Source: Amphiscolops sp. MND2022 (lineage: Eukaryota). Taken from it: a stretch of DNA of 64,000 nucleotides. The DNA is taken from positions 27,034,001 through 27,098,000 of the forward strand of contig OZ076409.1 in NCBI GenBank assembly GCA_964187785.1, written 5' to 3'. Below the pieces are notes generated by a model. The model had not been told where the DNA came from. It did not search any database and saw only the letters and a program-made list of their open reading frames with translations. A program made the position numbers and the translations under genes. Shown piece after piece: positions 46,231 to 59,700 of the stretch; positions within the stretch are counted from its first letter, which is position 1; the number at the start of each line of letters is the position of its first letter.

Positions 46231-49200
46231 TGTTGTTGTCTGATTGTTGTTTAGCCTGATTGATTGTTCCGTTGTGTTTGATCCTCCTTGCGTTGAATTG
46301 GGATCATATGGGCATCCATTGTGTTTTGTTCTTTTCGAATTGCTACTGCGCCCTGTATTATACTAGTAAGGAGATGTATAAGAATATTGAATTAAAATGA
46401 GTATCGGCGTTGAAAAAAGTCAGTCCGTTGGACAAGAGATGGCGAAACAAATATTGTTGATCAGTAAGACTTTTTATTGGTACTCAGTCCTGGTGGAAAG
46501 ATGTTAATGGCGTCAACAGAAATGTTAATGCGGAAAATATGGTTGCTAAATGGAACAGTGACAAAATTCAAAACTTTGCATCAGAAGTTGATTTGGTGTT
46601 ATCTCTGGACTCTGCAACTGGGTAGTCTCAATTGCTCGCGGTCTGTGGTTGCGCAGTTGGCAAGCATTATTATATCAGCATACCAAAAGTACAACACTCA
46701 CTACGTTATCTGGTTCATGAGGAATACTGTCTTTCTGTACATAACAGCCCCATCGAGTTCCATCATTGAGTTTCCCACATGAATTTTTCGTCGAAAAGGT
46801 ACGCGGACGCGAACACCACATCGAAAGAACCACAACTGTCGGCGAAACGCCTGTAACCGCTATAGATGATTGTAAAGTTGTGGAGTTCCTTTACTTTCGA
46901 ACTTTGTGGAGTCTGTCTGATGCATACTGTTACGACTGTCTTCCACAAAGCTACCAGGCAATTCCATATTCAGTCGTTGTGCAAGCGTATAATAAGATTG
47001 CGGGCAGTGTAGATTAATTCAATTCAATTATTTCACGCTACCGAACGGGAACCAAATACAAATACTACCAACGGATTTTTCCATTTTATGGATATGTTTG
47101 TAACCAATTCCTAGCTACTCCATTGGTCAGACAGCTTGGGACTCTGTGTCAGCGTTTTACATAAGTTTCATATGGTTGTTTTCTTGAGCAAAAGTGCGAC
47201 AGAGCCCAGCAATTGCAGACGCCCAGCAATGCGCGGGACGGTGTAGATCATTTGCCTTCTCAACCTGCAAAACGGGCTGCTAGCGAAAACCCAAGCTGCG
47301 CTAGTTAAGTCCGAACATTATGTTCTAAATGATTGAAACCAAATAATGTCGTCTCTGTGTATCTCAGGAGAAAAACTTCTTTGATTTCCTTGTTTTGAAA
47401 TTGAAGATAAAGGTTCAATTACATTTTTGCCGAAATCATTGTGCTCCAAAAGCGCCCATATCCTCGTTTCATCAACCCCTATAGCCTTAGCAAGGTTTCG
47501 AGTAGAAAAATTCTCTTCTCTCTAGAGGTAGTTTAGAACAAATACATCAAAAATTGCCTGTTCATAACCATTGGAATTAAGATTCGGTAACTCAGTTGTT
47601 TCATACAAGTAGACATATAGGTCATTACAAGCACTTTTGTCGCCATTCATTTGAGGGAAAACAGCATATTAAAAAATGAAAAACTGGAGACTGGTCGAGT
47701 GGAAGCTCACACCTTTCAGCGCAACATCCAAGACCGCTGTAATAAAAGGCAGATACAGTTTTTACAAAAGGCAGACAGAAGCTTCCACACACCCATGAAA
47801 TCTGTTAGAATAAATTCAACCCAAAATGATGACCCTTGTACAAGTCGCAACAGTCGGAGACAGATTTTTTGTTCAATTTGCCCTGAGAGGCAAGGAATTC
47901 ATATGGAGAAGAATCAGTGCAGTAGAAATTGAAAGAACTTTAGAAAATGCTGACACTTTTTAAAACCTAATAGTCAGATGACTAAGAAAATAGTTGAATT
48001 GAAATCTAGCCTAAACTCTTAGTTTCTACAAGCGATAGACATTGCAATTAGCGAGAAAGTGATCTCTCAACTTCAATTAACCGTAGTAGATGTACTGGGA
48101 CGTGGATTAAACCCAAAATAGGGTCTAAGGTCACCGGGACTAGAGAGATCTCCGAAGATGACCTAGACTGCGAAAAACGCTAAAATCGTACCAAAACAAT
48201 CTTTATCCATTGTATTTCTAGTAGGTCCCAGAGAAAGCTCTGTAGACTCACAGCAGAGTTACGACACTAATAGTTCCCCATTCGCATTACTTGACTTCAC
48301 CTAACTAATTCCAACACATCGCCTAAATGTGAATTTAATTGAAGCTTCACATCAAAATCAACTTTCTGGATTAGGTTCAATTATGGTAGTCGACAGTTCC
48401 ACCTTCCCACTCTAAAATGCATGATACCTTAATCTTCTATGGCTAACACTCATTATTTATTAACCTCGACAGTGCTTTTGTCCCCAAATGAGGACAGCGA
48501 TTTTTTTGACAATCAATGAAATATTACGAAACGCAAAAAGCATATAGGAAAACGAAATTTTGTTTTTCTAATCAACAACCTAATGGACTACTTGGGGCGA
48601 GTTGTTATTTGTGTCAAAAGAGTTTGTTTTCCGAACCACCGGCAGAAAGGTAACTAGAAAAAAGTGAAAACTAGAAAAAATTTGCAAAAAAATACTTTTC
48701 AGTAAATTACCTTTTTCTTAATAACACAGCAACTGTTTGCTAAGTTACTGTCACACTCTTGTAACCCAGTTGGCCACCATTGAAACCGCATATAGATGTT
48801 TTTTCTACTGAAGCTTCAGCAAAAAGTTCGAGTGGCATTTGAAAGCTCGAGTGGCATTTGAAGTTCGAGTGGCCTGCGCCGCCGGGGTGGCGCCCTCACC
48901 CCAAAAGTGGCGCCAACTCGCAGCCTAACTAGTGTTCATTTGAAAGCTTTGGTTAAGGGCTTTCAGGAGCAGAAAAGCGATTTGAGCTGTCGCTATTATT
49001 CGTGGAGAACTTAGGCTTTGAAAAAATTTTTCCTCTTTTTTGTCACTTTTTCAACTTCTCGGTGTACTGTCGAGGTTATACTGACGAAACCGGAAAAAAA
49101 ATATTCGCGCTTTCTTCATGAAAATGTAATCTACATTCAAAAATAGGCAAGTTAGGACGTTTGGAGGGTTCCTACTACGTTTTTCATCACTTCTGTTTAA

Positions 49201-50766
49201 TAATTAGTTTAAATAAAAATTTGATTTGAATATTTCACCTCCTCTTGTTCATTTCCACCGCATTCTTTTTCACTTTTGTCCAAACATTTGTCCAACGTTG
49301 CGATAGATGAGACACAGTAGCTGTTATTGTTTCCTCTACACAAAGAATAGACCCTTCACTGTGCGTCATGCCATTGGCGTTTTTCCATTTAACTTCAGTT
49401 TTCTGAAAGGAAAACTTTTATTTCAAACCCGAAGTTGGTGTCTTCATTCTGGTCTGACACCGAACTTTCGCAACTATTACCACTTCAATCTTCAACTGAT
49501 GTGCTCACTGTATCCAAATAACAATACTTTGTCAAAAACAAGTCTGTTTGCATTATTTTGTCACTCACCTCATTGCCAATCAATACGCCAATCGCATGCA
49601 GATTGATTGAGGCATTGACAAGGCTGTAGACAGCGCGAGCCGTATAATTGACTCTGAGACAAATAATCAACTGCAGGAAATCTTCATAAATCTTCTTGGG
49701 GATATGAAAGTGATGAAAACTGATTTTTGTTTAGTTTCTTAGTTTAAGTTTTTGTTTAATTTACTTCTCTTTACTATAAAAATCGTTCTTTTTTCATTCA
49801 AGTTTATAGTTTAGCAAATGCTGGCGCCAGCATTTTTTACTTTTAGGCCAGCAGCCAGCAGTTCTTGCTGTCGCCAGCATTTAGGAACAGCCCTGGGCAT
49901 TGAAAATGAGCGAAAAGTGGTGAATTTTTTGCACCAGTAAGTGTGAGGGTTAGGGGCTCCGTTCATATTTGATTGTTTTGGCTTCCGTATAAATCATATT
50001 CAGCGTATTTGAAAAATTATGCTCAAAAAGTTATGCTTATTGGAATTTTCAAGTTTTGGTTAGAATATTTGATAGGTTTCATGTTTTTCAATTGGTCCCG
50101 AACTGTTTTAGGGACGACATACTGTTAATACTTTAGTGTAGCCAATAAACTGCGACCTTGCAAAAAACGTTCTAAAATCTGAAAAACCTTGGTACTTTTG
50201 AGTTAATTTTATCGCTGTTTCAAAAATATCATAATTCTCTATACAAGAGTAGGCTGAAAACTCTGTTGCTATTTTCCGCCCCACAAATTTATTTGTGTAT
50301 GGTGGAGGAAAATCATAATCAGTGTTTTTTTCTGTGTTTAATTATAAAAACGTTCGATAGTCACACCCACCGAAACACAATTCTAAACCAGTTGCATCAA
50401 ACAGTCCAAAATTGAGAAAAACACAAGACACATCTATCAACCAATTCCGCGTTGTGGACATTCTACTTTTCAAAGTCAGTGCTCTCTTTTCATACTTTTC
50501 CTGGACACAAATAACCAACTACGGTACCATGTTTTCAACCAAAGGGTCAAGCAAAAGTTGACCTAAAGTTGTAGTTCCGAAGTGAAACCTTGGCGTTGCT
50601 TTTTTGTTTTCTCCAACAAGTGCATTTTTGTCATGATCATGGCATTAGGCTACGGATGATGAGGTAGCTTAAGGCGCAACAAGATAAAGTTGAGAGAAAA
50701 TCCAACCTGATACCGAACCAATATGGGCCTAGTGTTCCAAACGCAACACCTTGATTCCAAACAATT

Positions 50767-53700
50767 GAAGGTTCCGACACTTTTTGATTCAATTCACGCA
50801 AACCGGGAACAGCCCAAATTAGCGCCACGCTCAAAGTTCGAAAAATCAACGTCAAAGGGACACTATTTTGAGAATGTTATCAAAATTACAATGCCGGAAA
50901 ATACCTGAAGGGTCACCCATGAGACTCAAAAACCTGTTTTCCCAAATGGAAAAAAAATTAAATATTTTTCAAAATTTTTAACTTTTGAAGAAATGTTCGG
51001 AGAGAATTCTCGTATTGCCAAAAACGGAGCTTTGAGATCGTAAGACGCTTTTTTCAAGCAGAGACTATTTATGAAAATGAAAGGGTCTCTGAAAGTGAAG
51101 TGCTCTTTGACCAAATGATTTTTTTTCGGAAAAAGTCGTACAGTGCTGGAAAGAAATGGTAGGTCTTTTCACAAGTATTGAGAAAACTCTCATCAGTTAC
51201 ATATGACCGAAACATACGTAAAGAGGTACTCCTTAGGACTTAAAGACCCGGAAAACAGTTTTTCTTTACAAAAAACCAGAAAACAAAGCAAAAATAGTGT
51301 GGCCAAAAACTTTCGAAAAACTTATTTCAAATTTTCTACGGTACTTTGCATCGTGCCGAAAATCTTAAGGTGGCCCTCCTATGCTTGCAAAACGTGTTTT
51401 GCTACAAATCTAAGAAGAGTCGGATAGTGACAAACACTCCAGAAGGGGACCATTTGGTCTATCCTCAACATTTACAAGCATAGAAAATATTTGGTTTAGT
51501 GTGGGTTTCGAACCAACGTAGTTCTGCTTCTCAGGCTCCATCACCAGGCCGGGAGATCCGTGGTAACCGCTAGACCAAAAGGGGTGCAAGTCAGTTACAA
51601 CTGATAGAAACCTGATAGAACTATGTTAGTTCGCTGGTCTTTAAAAACCTCTACTATAGTCGTTTTTTTCTGATAAATAGCATTGACTAAAAAAACTATC
51701 TGAAAAGTTAAATGTTTTTTGTTTTCAAATCTTTATACCAACAGAAACATCCTAAAAATCTACACAAACTGCATGAAACGTTCAAATTAGGTTTTTGTTA
51801 GATCAATTCTGTTCTTTACAAAAATATACTAGAAAACCATACGTTTCGATGTCAATTTCTAAAGTCGATCAATTGGAGGAACTCGCAAAAATTGAAGGTT
51901 CCGACACTTTTTGATTCAATCCGCGCAAACTGGGAACAGCCCAAATTAGCGCCACGCTCAAAGTACGAAAAACCAACGTCAAAGGGACACTATTTGGAGA
52001 ATGTTATCAAAATTACAATGCCGGAAAATACCCGAAGGGTCACCCATGAGACTCAAAAACCTGTGTTCCCAAATGGAAACAAAAAATTAAAAATTTTTTC
52101 AAATTTTTAGTTTTTGAAGAAATGTTCGGAGAGAATTCTCGTATTGCCAAAAAAGGAGCTTTGAGATCGTAGGACGCTTTTTTCAAGCAGAGACTATTTA
52201 TGAAAATGAAAGGGTCTCTGAAAGTGAAGTGCTCTTTGACCGAATGATTTTTTTTGGGAAAAAGTCGTACAGTGCTGGAAAGGAATGGTAGGTCTTTCCA
52301 CAAGTATTGAGAAAACTCTCATCAGTTCCATATGACCGAAACATAAATTAAGAGGTACTCCTTAGGACCTAAATACCCGGGAAAACTGTTTTTCTTTACA
52401 AAAAACCTGAAAACAAAGCAAAAATAGTGTGGCCAAAAACTTTCGAAAAATATATTTTCAATTTTCTACGGTACTTTGCATCGTGCCGAAAATCTTAAGG
52501 TGGCCCTCCCATGCTTGCAAAACGTGTTTTGCTACAAATCTAAGAAGAGTCGGAGAGTGACAAACACCCCAGAAGGGGACCATTTTGTCTATCCTCAACA
52601 TTTACAAGCATAGAAAAATTTTGGTTTAGTGTGGGTTTCGAACCAACGTAGTTCTGTTTCTCAGGCTCCATCACCAGGCCGGGAGATCCGTCGTCACCGC
52701 TAGGCCAAAAGGGGTGCAAGTCAGTTACAACTGATAGAAACCTAGAACTATGTTAGTTCGCTGGTCTTTAAAAACCCCTTCTACAGTCGTTTTTTCTGAT
52801 AAAAAGCATTGACTAAAAAAACTATCTGAAAGGTTAAATGTTTTTTGTTTTCAAATCTTTATACCAACAGAAACATCCTAAAAATCTACACAAACTGCAT
52901 GAAACGTTCAAATTAGGTTTTTGTTAGATCAATTCTGTTCTTTACAAAAATATACTAGAAAACCATACGTTTCGATGTCAATTTCTAAAGTCGATCATTT
53001 GGAGGAACTCGCAAAAATCGAAGGTTCCGACACTTTTTGATTCAATTCGCGCAAACTGGGAACGGCCCAAATTAGCGCCACGCTCAAAGTTCGAAAAAAC
53101 AACGTCAAAGGGACACTATTTTGAGAATGTTATCAAAATTACAATGCCGGAAAATACCCGAAGGGTCACCCATGAGACTCAAAAACCTGTGTTCCCAAAT
53201 GGAAACAAAAAATAAAAAAGTTTTTCAAATTTTTAACTTTTGAAGAAATGTTCGGAGAGAATTCTCGTATTGCCAAAAAAGGAGCTTTGAGATCGTAAGA
53301 CGCTTTTTTCAAGCAGAGACTATTTATGAAAATGAAAGGGTCTCTGAAAGTGAAGTGCTCTTTGACCAAATGATTTTTTTTTCGGAAAAAGTCGTACAGT
53401 GCTGGAAAGAAATGGTAGGTCTTTTCACAAGTATTGAGAAAACTCTCATTAGTTCCATATGACCGAAACAAAAGTAAAGAGGTATTCCTTAGGACCTAAA
53501 GACCCGGAAAACGGTTTTTCTTTACAAAAAACCTGAAAACAAAGCAAAAATAGTGTGGCCAAAAACTTTCGAAAAATATATTTTCAATTTTCTACGGTAC
53601 TTTGCATCGTGCCGAAAATCTTAAGGTGGCCCTCCCATGCTTGCAAAACGTGTTTTGCTACAAATCTAAGAAGAGTCGGAGAGTGACAAACACCCCAGAA

Positions 53701-56700
53701 GGGGACCATTTGGTCTATCCTCAACATTTACAAGCATAGAAAAATTTTGGTTTAGTGTGGGTTTCGAAACAACGTAGTTCTGTTTCTCAGGCTCCATCAC
53801 CAGGCCGGGAGATCCGTCGTCACCGCTAGGCCAAAAGGGGTGCAAGTCAGTTACAACTGATAGAAACCTAGAACTATGTTAGTTCGCTGGTCTTTAAAAA
53901 CCCCTTCTACAGTCGTTTTTTCTGATAAAAAGCATTGACTAAAAAAACTATCTGAAAGGTTAAATGTTTTTTGTTTTCAAATCTTTATACCAACAGAAAC
54001 ATCCTAAAAATCTACACAAACTGCATGAAACGTTCAAATTAGGTTTTTGTTAGATCAATTCTGTTCTTTACAAAAATATACTAGAAAACCATACGTTTCG
54101 ATGTCAATTTCTAAAGTCGATCATTTGGAGGAACTCGCAAAAATCGAAGGTTCCGACACTTTTTGATTCAATTCGCGCAAACTGGGAACGGCCCAAATTA
54201 GCGCCACGCTCAAAGTTCGAAAAAACAACGTCAAAGGGACACTATTTTGAGAATGTTATCAAAATTACAATGCCGGAAAATACCCGAAGGGTCACCCATG
54301 AGACTCAAAAACCTGTGTTCCCAAATGGAAACAAAAAATAAAAAAGTTTTTCAAATTTTTAACTTTTGAAGAAATGTTCGGAGAGAATTTTCGTATTGCC
54401 AAAAAAGGAGCTTTGAGATCGTAAGACGCTTTTTTCAAGCAGAGACTATTTATGAAATGAAAGGGTCTCTGAAAGTGAAGTGCTCTTTGACCAAATGATT
54501 TTTTTTTCGGAAAAAGTCGTACAGTGCTGGAAAGAAATGGTAGGTCTTTTCACAAGTATTGAGAAAACTCTCATTAGTTCCATATGACCGAAACATAAGT
54601 AAAGAGATATTCCTTAGGACCTAAAGACCCGGAAAACGGTTTTTCTTTACAAAAAACCTGAAAACAAAGCAAAAATAGTGTGGCCAAAAACTTTCGAAAA
54701 ATATATTTTCAATTTTCTACGGTACTTTGCATCGTGCCGAAAATCTTAAGGTGGCCCTCCCATGCTTGCAAAACGTGTTTTGCTACAAATCTAAGAAGAG
54801 TCGGAGAGTGACAAACACCCCAGAAGGGGACCATTTGGTCTATCCTCAACATTTACAAGCATAGAAAAATTTTGGTTTAGTGTGGGTTTCGAACCAACGT
54901 AGTTCTGTTTCTCAGGCTCCATCACCAGGCCGGGAGATCCGTCGTCACCGCTAGGCCAAAAGGGGTGCAAGTCAGTTACAACTGATAGAAACCTAGAACT
55001 ATGTTAGTTCGCTGGTCTTTAAAAACCCCTACTATAGTCGTTTTTTCTGATAAAAAGCATTGACTAAAAAAACTATCTGAAAGGTTAAATGTTTTTTGTT
55101 TTCAAATCTTTATACCAACAGAAACATCCTAAAAATCTACACAAACTGCATGAAACGTTCAAATTAGGTTTTTGTTAGATCAATTCTGTTCTTTGCAAAA
55201 ATATACTAAAAAACCATACGTTTCGATGTCAATTTCTAAAGTCGATCATTTGGAGGAACTCGCAAAAATCGAAGGTTCCGACACTTTTTGATTCAATTCG
55301 CGCAAACTGGGAACGGCCCAAATTAGCGCCACGCTCAAAGTTCGAAAAAACAACGTCAAAGGGACACTATTTTGAGAATGTTATCAAAATTACAATGCCG
55401 GAAAATACCCGAAGGGTCACCCATGAGACTCAAAAACCTGTGTTCCCAAATGGAAAAAAATTAAATATTTTTCAAAATTTTTAACTTTTGAAGAAATGTT
55501 CGGAGAGAATTCTCGTATTGCCAAAAAAGGAGCTTTGAGATCGTAAGACGCTTTTTTCAAGCAGAGACTATTTATGAAAATGAAAGGGTCTCTGAAAGTG
55601 AAGTGCTCTTTGACCAAATGATTTTTTTTTCGGAAAAAGTCGTACAGTGCTGGAAAGAAATGGTAGGTCTTTTCACAAGTATTGAGAAAACTCTCATTAG
55701 CTCCATATGACCGAAACAAAAGTAAAGAGGTATTCCTTAGGACCTAAAGACCCGGAAAACGGTTTTTCTTTACAAAAAACCTGAAAACAAAGCAAAAATA
55801 GTGTGGCCAAAAACTTTCGAAAAATATATTTTCAAATTTCTACGGTACTTTGCATCGTGCCGAAAATCTTAAGGTGGCCCTCCCATGCTTGCAAAACGTG
55901 TTTTGCTACAAATCTAAGAAGAGTCGGAGAGTGACAAACACCCCAGAAGGGGACCATTTGGTCTATCCTCAACATTTACAAGCATAGAAAAATTTTGGTT
56001 TAGTGTGGGTTTCGAACCAACGTAGTTCTGTTTCTCAGGCTCCATCACCAGGCCGGGAGATCCGTCGTCAACGCTAGGCCAAAAGGGGTGCAAGTCAGTT
56101 ACAACTGATAGAAACCTAGAACTATGTTAGTTCGCTGGTCTTTAAAAACCCCTACTATAGTCGTTTTTTCTGATAAAAAGCATTGACTAAAAAAACTATC
56201 TGAAAGGTTAAATGTTTTTTGTTTTCAAATCTTTATACCAACAGAAACATCCTAAAAATCTACACAAACTGCATGAAACGTTCAAATTAGGTTTTTGTTA
56301 GATCAATTCTGTTCTTTGCAAAAATATACTAAAAAACCATACGTTCCGATGTCAATTTCTAAAGTCGATCATTTGGAGGAACTCGCAAAAATCGAAGGTT
56401 CCGACACTTTTTGATTCAATTCGCGCAAACTGGGATTGGCCCAAATTAGCGCCACGCTCAAAGTTCGAAAAACCAACGTCAAAGGGACACTATTTTGAGA
56501 ATGTTATCAAAATTACAATGCCGGAAAATACCCGAAGGGTCACCCATGAGACTCAAAAACCTGTTTTCCCAAATGGAAAAAAATTAAATATTTTTCAAAA
56601 TTTTTAACTTTTGAAGAAATGTTCGGAGAGAATTCTCGTATTGCCAAAAAAGGAGCTTTGAGATCGTAAGACGCTTTTTTCAAGCAGAGACTATTTATGA

Positions 56701-59700
56701 AAATGAAAGGGTCTCTGAAAGTGAAGTGCTCTTTTACCAAATGATTTTTTTTTCGGAAAAAGTCGTACAGTGCCGGAAAGAAATGGTAGGTCTTTTCACA
56801 AGTATTGAGAAAACTCTCATCGGTTACATATGGCCGAAACATAAGTAAAGAGGTACTCCTTAGGACTTAAAGACCCGGAAAACGGTTTTTCTTTACAAAA
56901 AACCTGAAAACAAAGCAAAAATAGTGTGGCCAAAAACTTTCGAAAAATATATTTTAACTTTTCTACGGTACTTTGCATCGTGCCGAAAATCTTAAGGTGG
57001 CCCTCCTATGCTTGCAAAACGTGTTTTGCTACAAATCTAAGAAGAGTCGGAGAGTGACAAACACCCCAGAAGGGGACCATTTGGTCTATCCTCAACATTT
57101 ACAAGCATAGAAAATCTTTGGTTTAGTGTGGGTTTCGAACCAACGTAGTTCTGTTTCTCAGGCTCCATCACCAGGCCGGGAGATCCGTCGTCACCGCTAG
57201 GCCAAAAGGGGTGCAAGTCAGTTACAACTGATAGAAACCTAGAACTATGTTAGTTCACTGGTCTTTAAAAACCCCTACTATAGTCGTTTTTCCTGATAAA
57301 AAGCATTGACTAAAAAAACTATCTGAAAGGTTAAATGTTTTTTGTTTTCAAATCTTAATACCAACAGAAACATCCTAAAAATCTACACAAACTGCATGAA
57401 ACGTTCAAATTAGGTTTTTGTTAGATCAATTCTGTTCTTTACAAAAATATACTAGAAAACATCCTAAAAATCTACACAAACTGCATGAAACGTTCAACTT
57501 AGGTTTTTGTTAGATCAATTCTGTTCTTTACAAAAATATACTAGAAAACCATACGTTTCGATGTCAATTTCTAAAGTCGATCATTTGGAGGAACTCGCAA
57601 AAATCGAAGGTTCCGACACTTTTTGATTCAATTCGCGCAAACTGGGAACGGCCCAAATTAGCGCCACGCTCAAAGTTCGAAAAAACAACGTCAAAGGGAC
57701 ACTATTTTGAGAATGTTATCAAAATTACAATGCCGGAAAATACCCGAAGGGTCACCCATGAGACTCAAAAACCTGTGTTCCCAAATGGAAACAAAAAATA
57801 AAAAAATTTTTCAAATTTTTAACTTTTGAAGAAATGTTCGGAGAGAATTCTCGTATTGCCAAAAAAGGAGCTTTGAGATCGTAAGACGCTTTTTTCAAGC
57901 AGAGACTATTTATGAAAATGAAAGGGTCTCTGAAAGTGAAGTGCTCTTTGACCAAATGATTTTTTTTCGGAAAAAGTCGTACAGTGCTGGAAAGAAATGG
58001 TAGGTCTTTTCACAAGTATTGAGAAAACTCTCATTAGTTCCATATGACCGAAACATAAGTAAAGAGGTATTCCTTAGGACCTAAAGACCCGGAAAACGTT
58101 TCTTTACAAAAAACCTGAAAACAAAGCAAAAATAGTGTGGCCAAAAACTTTCGAAAAATATATTTTCAATTTTCTACGGTACTTTGCATCGTGCCGAAAA
58201 TCTTAAGGTGGCCCTCCCATGCTTGCAAAACGTGTTTTGCTACAAATCTAAGAAGAGTCGGAGAGTGACAAACACCCCAGAAGGGGACCATTTGGTCTAT
58301 CCTCAACATTTACAAGCATAGAAAAAATTTGGTTTAGTGTGGGTTTCGAACCAACGTAGTTCTGTTTCTCAGGCTCCATCACCAGGCCGGGAGATCCGTC
58401 GTCACCGCTAGGCCAAAAGGGGTGCAAGTCAGTTACAACTGATAGAAACCTAGAACTATGTTAGTTCGCTGGTCTTTAAAAACCCCTAATATAGTCGTTT
58501 TTTCTGATAAAAAGCATTGACTAAAAAAACTATCTGAAAGGTTAAATGTTTTTTGTTTTCAAATCTTTATACCAACAGAAACATCCTAAAAATCTACACA
58601 AACTGCATGAAACGTTCAACTTAGGTTTTTGTTAGATCAATTCTGTTCTTTACAAAAATATACTAGAAAACCATACGTTTCGATGTCAATTTCTAAAGTC
58701 GATCATTTGGAGGAACTCGCAAAAATCGAAGGTTCCGACACTTTTTGATTCAATTCGCGCAAACTGGGAACGGCCCAAATTAGCGCCACGCTCAAAGTTC
58801 GAAAAAACAACGTCAAAGGGACACTATTTTGAGAATGTTATCAAAATTACAATGCCGGAAAATACCCGAAGGGTCACCCATGAGACTCAAAAACCTGTGT
58901 TCCCAAATGGAAACAAAAAATAAAAAAATTTTTCAAATTTTTAACTTTTGAAGAAATGTTCGGAGAGAATTCTCGTATTGCCAAAAAAGGAGCTTTGAGA
59001 TCGTAAGACGCTTTTTTCAAGCAGAGACTATTTATGAAAATGAAAGGGTCTCTGAAAGTGAAGTGCTCTTTGACCAAATGATTTTTTTTCGGAAAAAGTC
59101 GTACAGTGCTGGAAAGAAATGGTAGGTCTTTTCACAAGTATTGAGAAAACTCTCATTAGTTCCATATGACCGAAACATAAGTAAAGAGGTATTCCTTAGG
59201 ACCTAAAGACCCGGAAAACGTTTCTTTACAAAAAACCTGAAAACAAAGCAAAAATAGTGTGGCCAAAAACTTTCGAAAAATATATTTTCAATTTTCTACG
59301 GTACTTTGCATCGTGCCGAAAATCTTAAGGTGGCCCTCCCATGCTTGCAAAACGTGTTTTGCTACAAATCTAAGAAGAGTCGGAGAGTGACAAACACCCC
59401 AGAAGGGGACCATTTGGTCTATCCTCAACATTTACAAGCATAGAAAAAATTTGGTTTAGTGTGGGTTTCGAACCAACGTAGTTCTGTTTCTCAGGCTCCA
59501 TCACCAGGCCGGGAGATCCGTCGTCACCGCTAGGCCAAAAGGGGTGCAAGTCAGTTACAACTGATAGAAACCTAGAACTATGTTAGTTCGCTGGTCTTTA
59601 AAAACCCCTAATATAGTCGTTTTTTCTGATAAAAAGCATTGACTAAAAAAACTATCTGAAAGGTTAAATGTTTTTTGTTTTCAAATCTTTATACCAACAG

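Larger units (their letters stand above)
40997..46404 (-). mobile_element. Ty3/Gypsy LTR retrotransposon, Mag-like, degenerate
   Basis: Gag double knuckle CRFCG..H..PARKQQCNNCKKMGHFAKLC, protease IIDTGS, RT (KIDLDYAY, WLDD), RNase H (GLGATLWQ..PLAFASR) and integrase (HHGH..CPSC, IDFVGP, IDRFSKW). The 3' LTR is 40997-41213 and the other LTR survives as a remnant at 46354-46404. Confidence 0.92.

Noticed and set aside
47650..48270. Possible 5' fragment of another retroelement gag
   Set aside because: Only a vague coding-like composition with multiple stops and no diagnostic motif.
48824..48933. Three ~18-bp repeats (AGTTCGAGTGGCATTTGA), a GC hairpin and CTAG as a Helitron 3' end
   Set aside because: No matching 5' end or second copy in the window; insufficient support.
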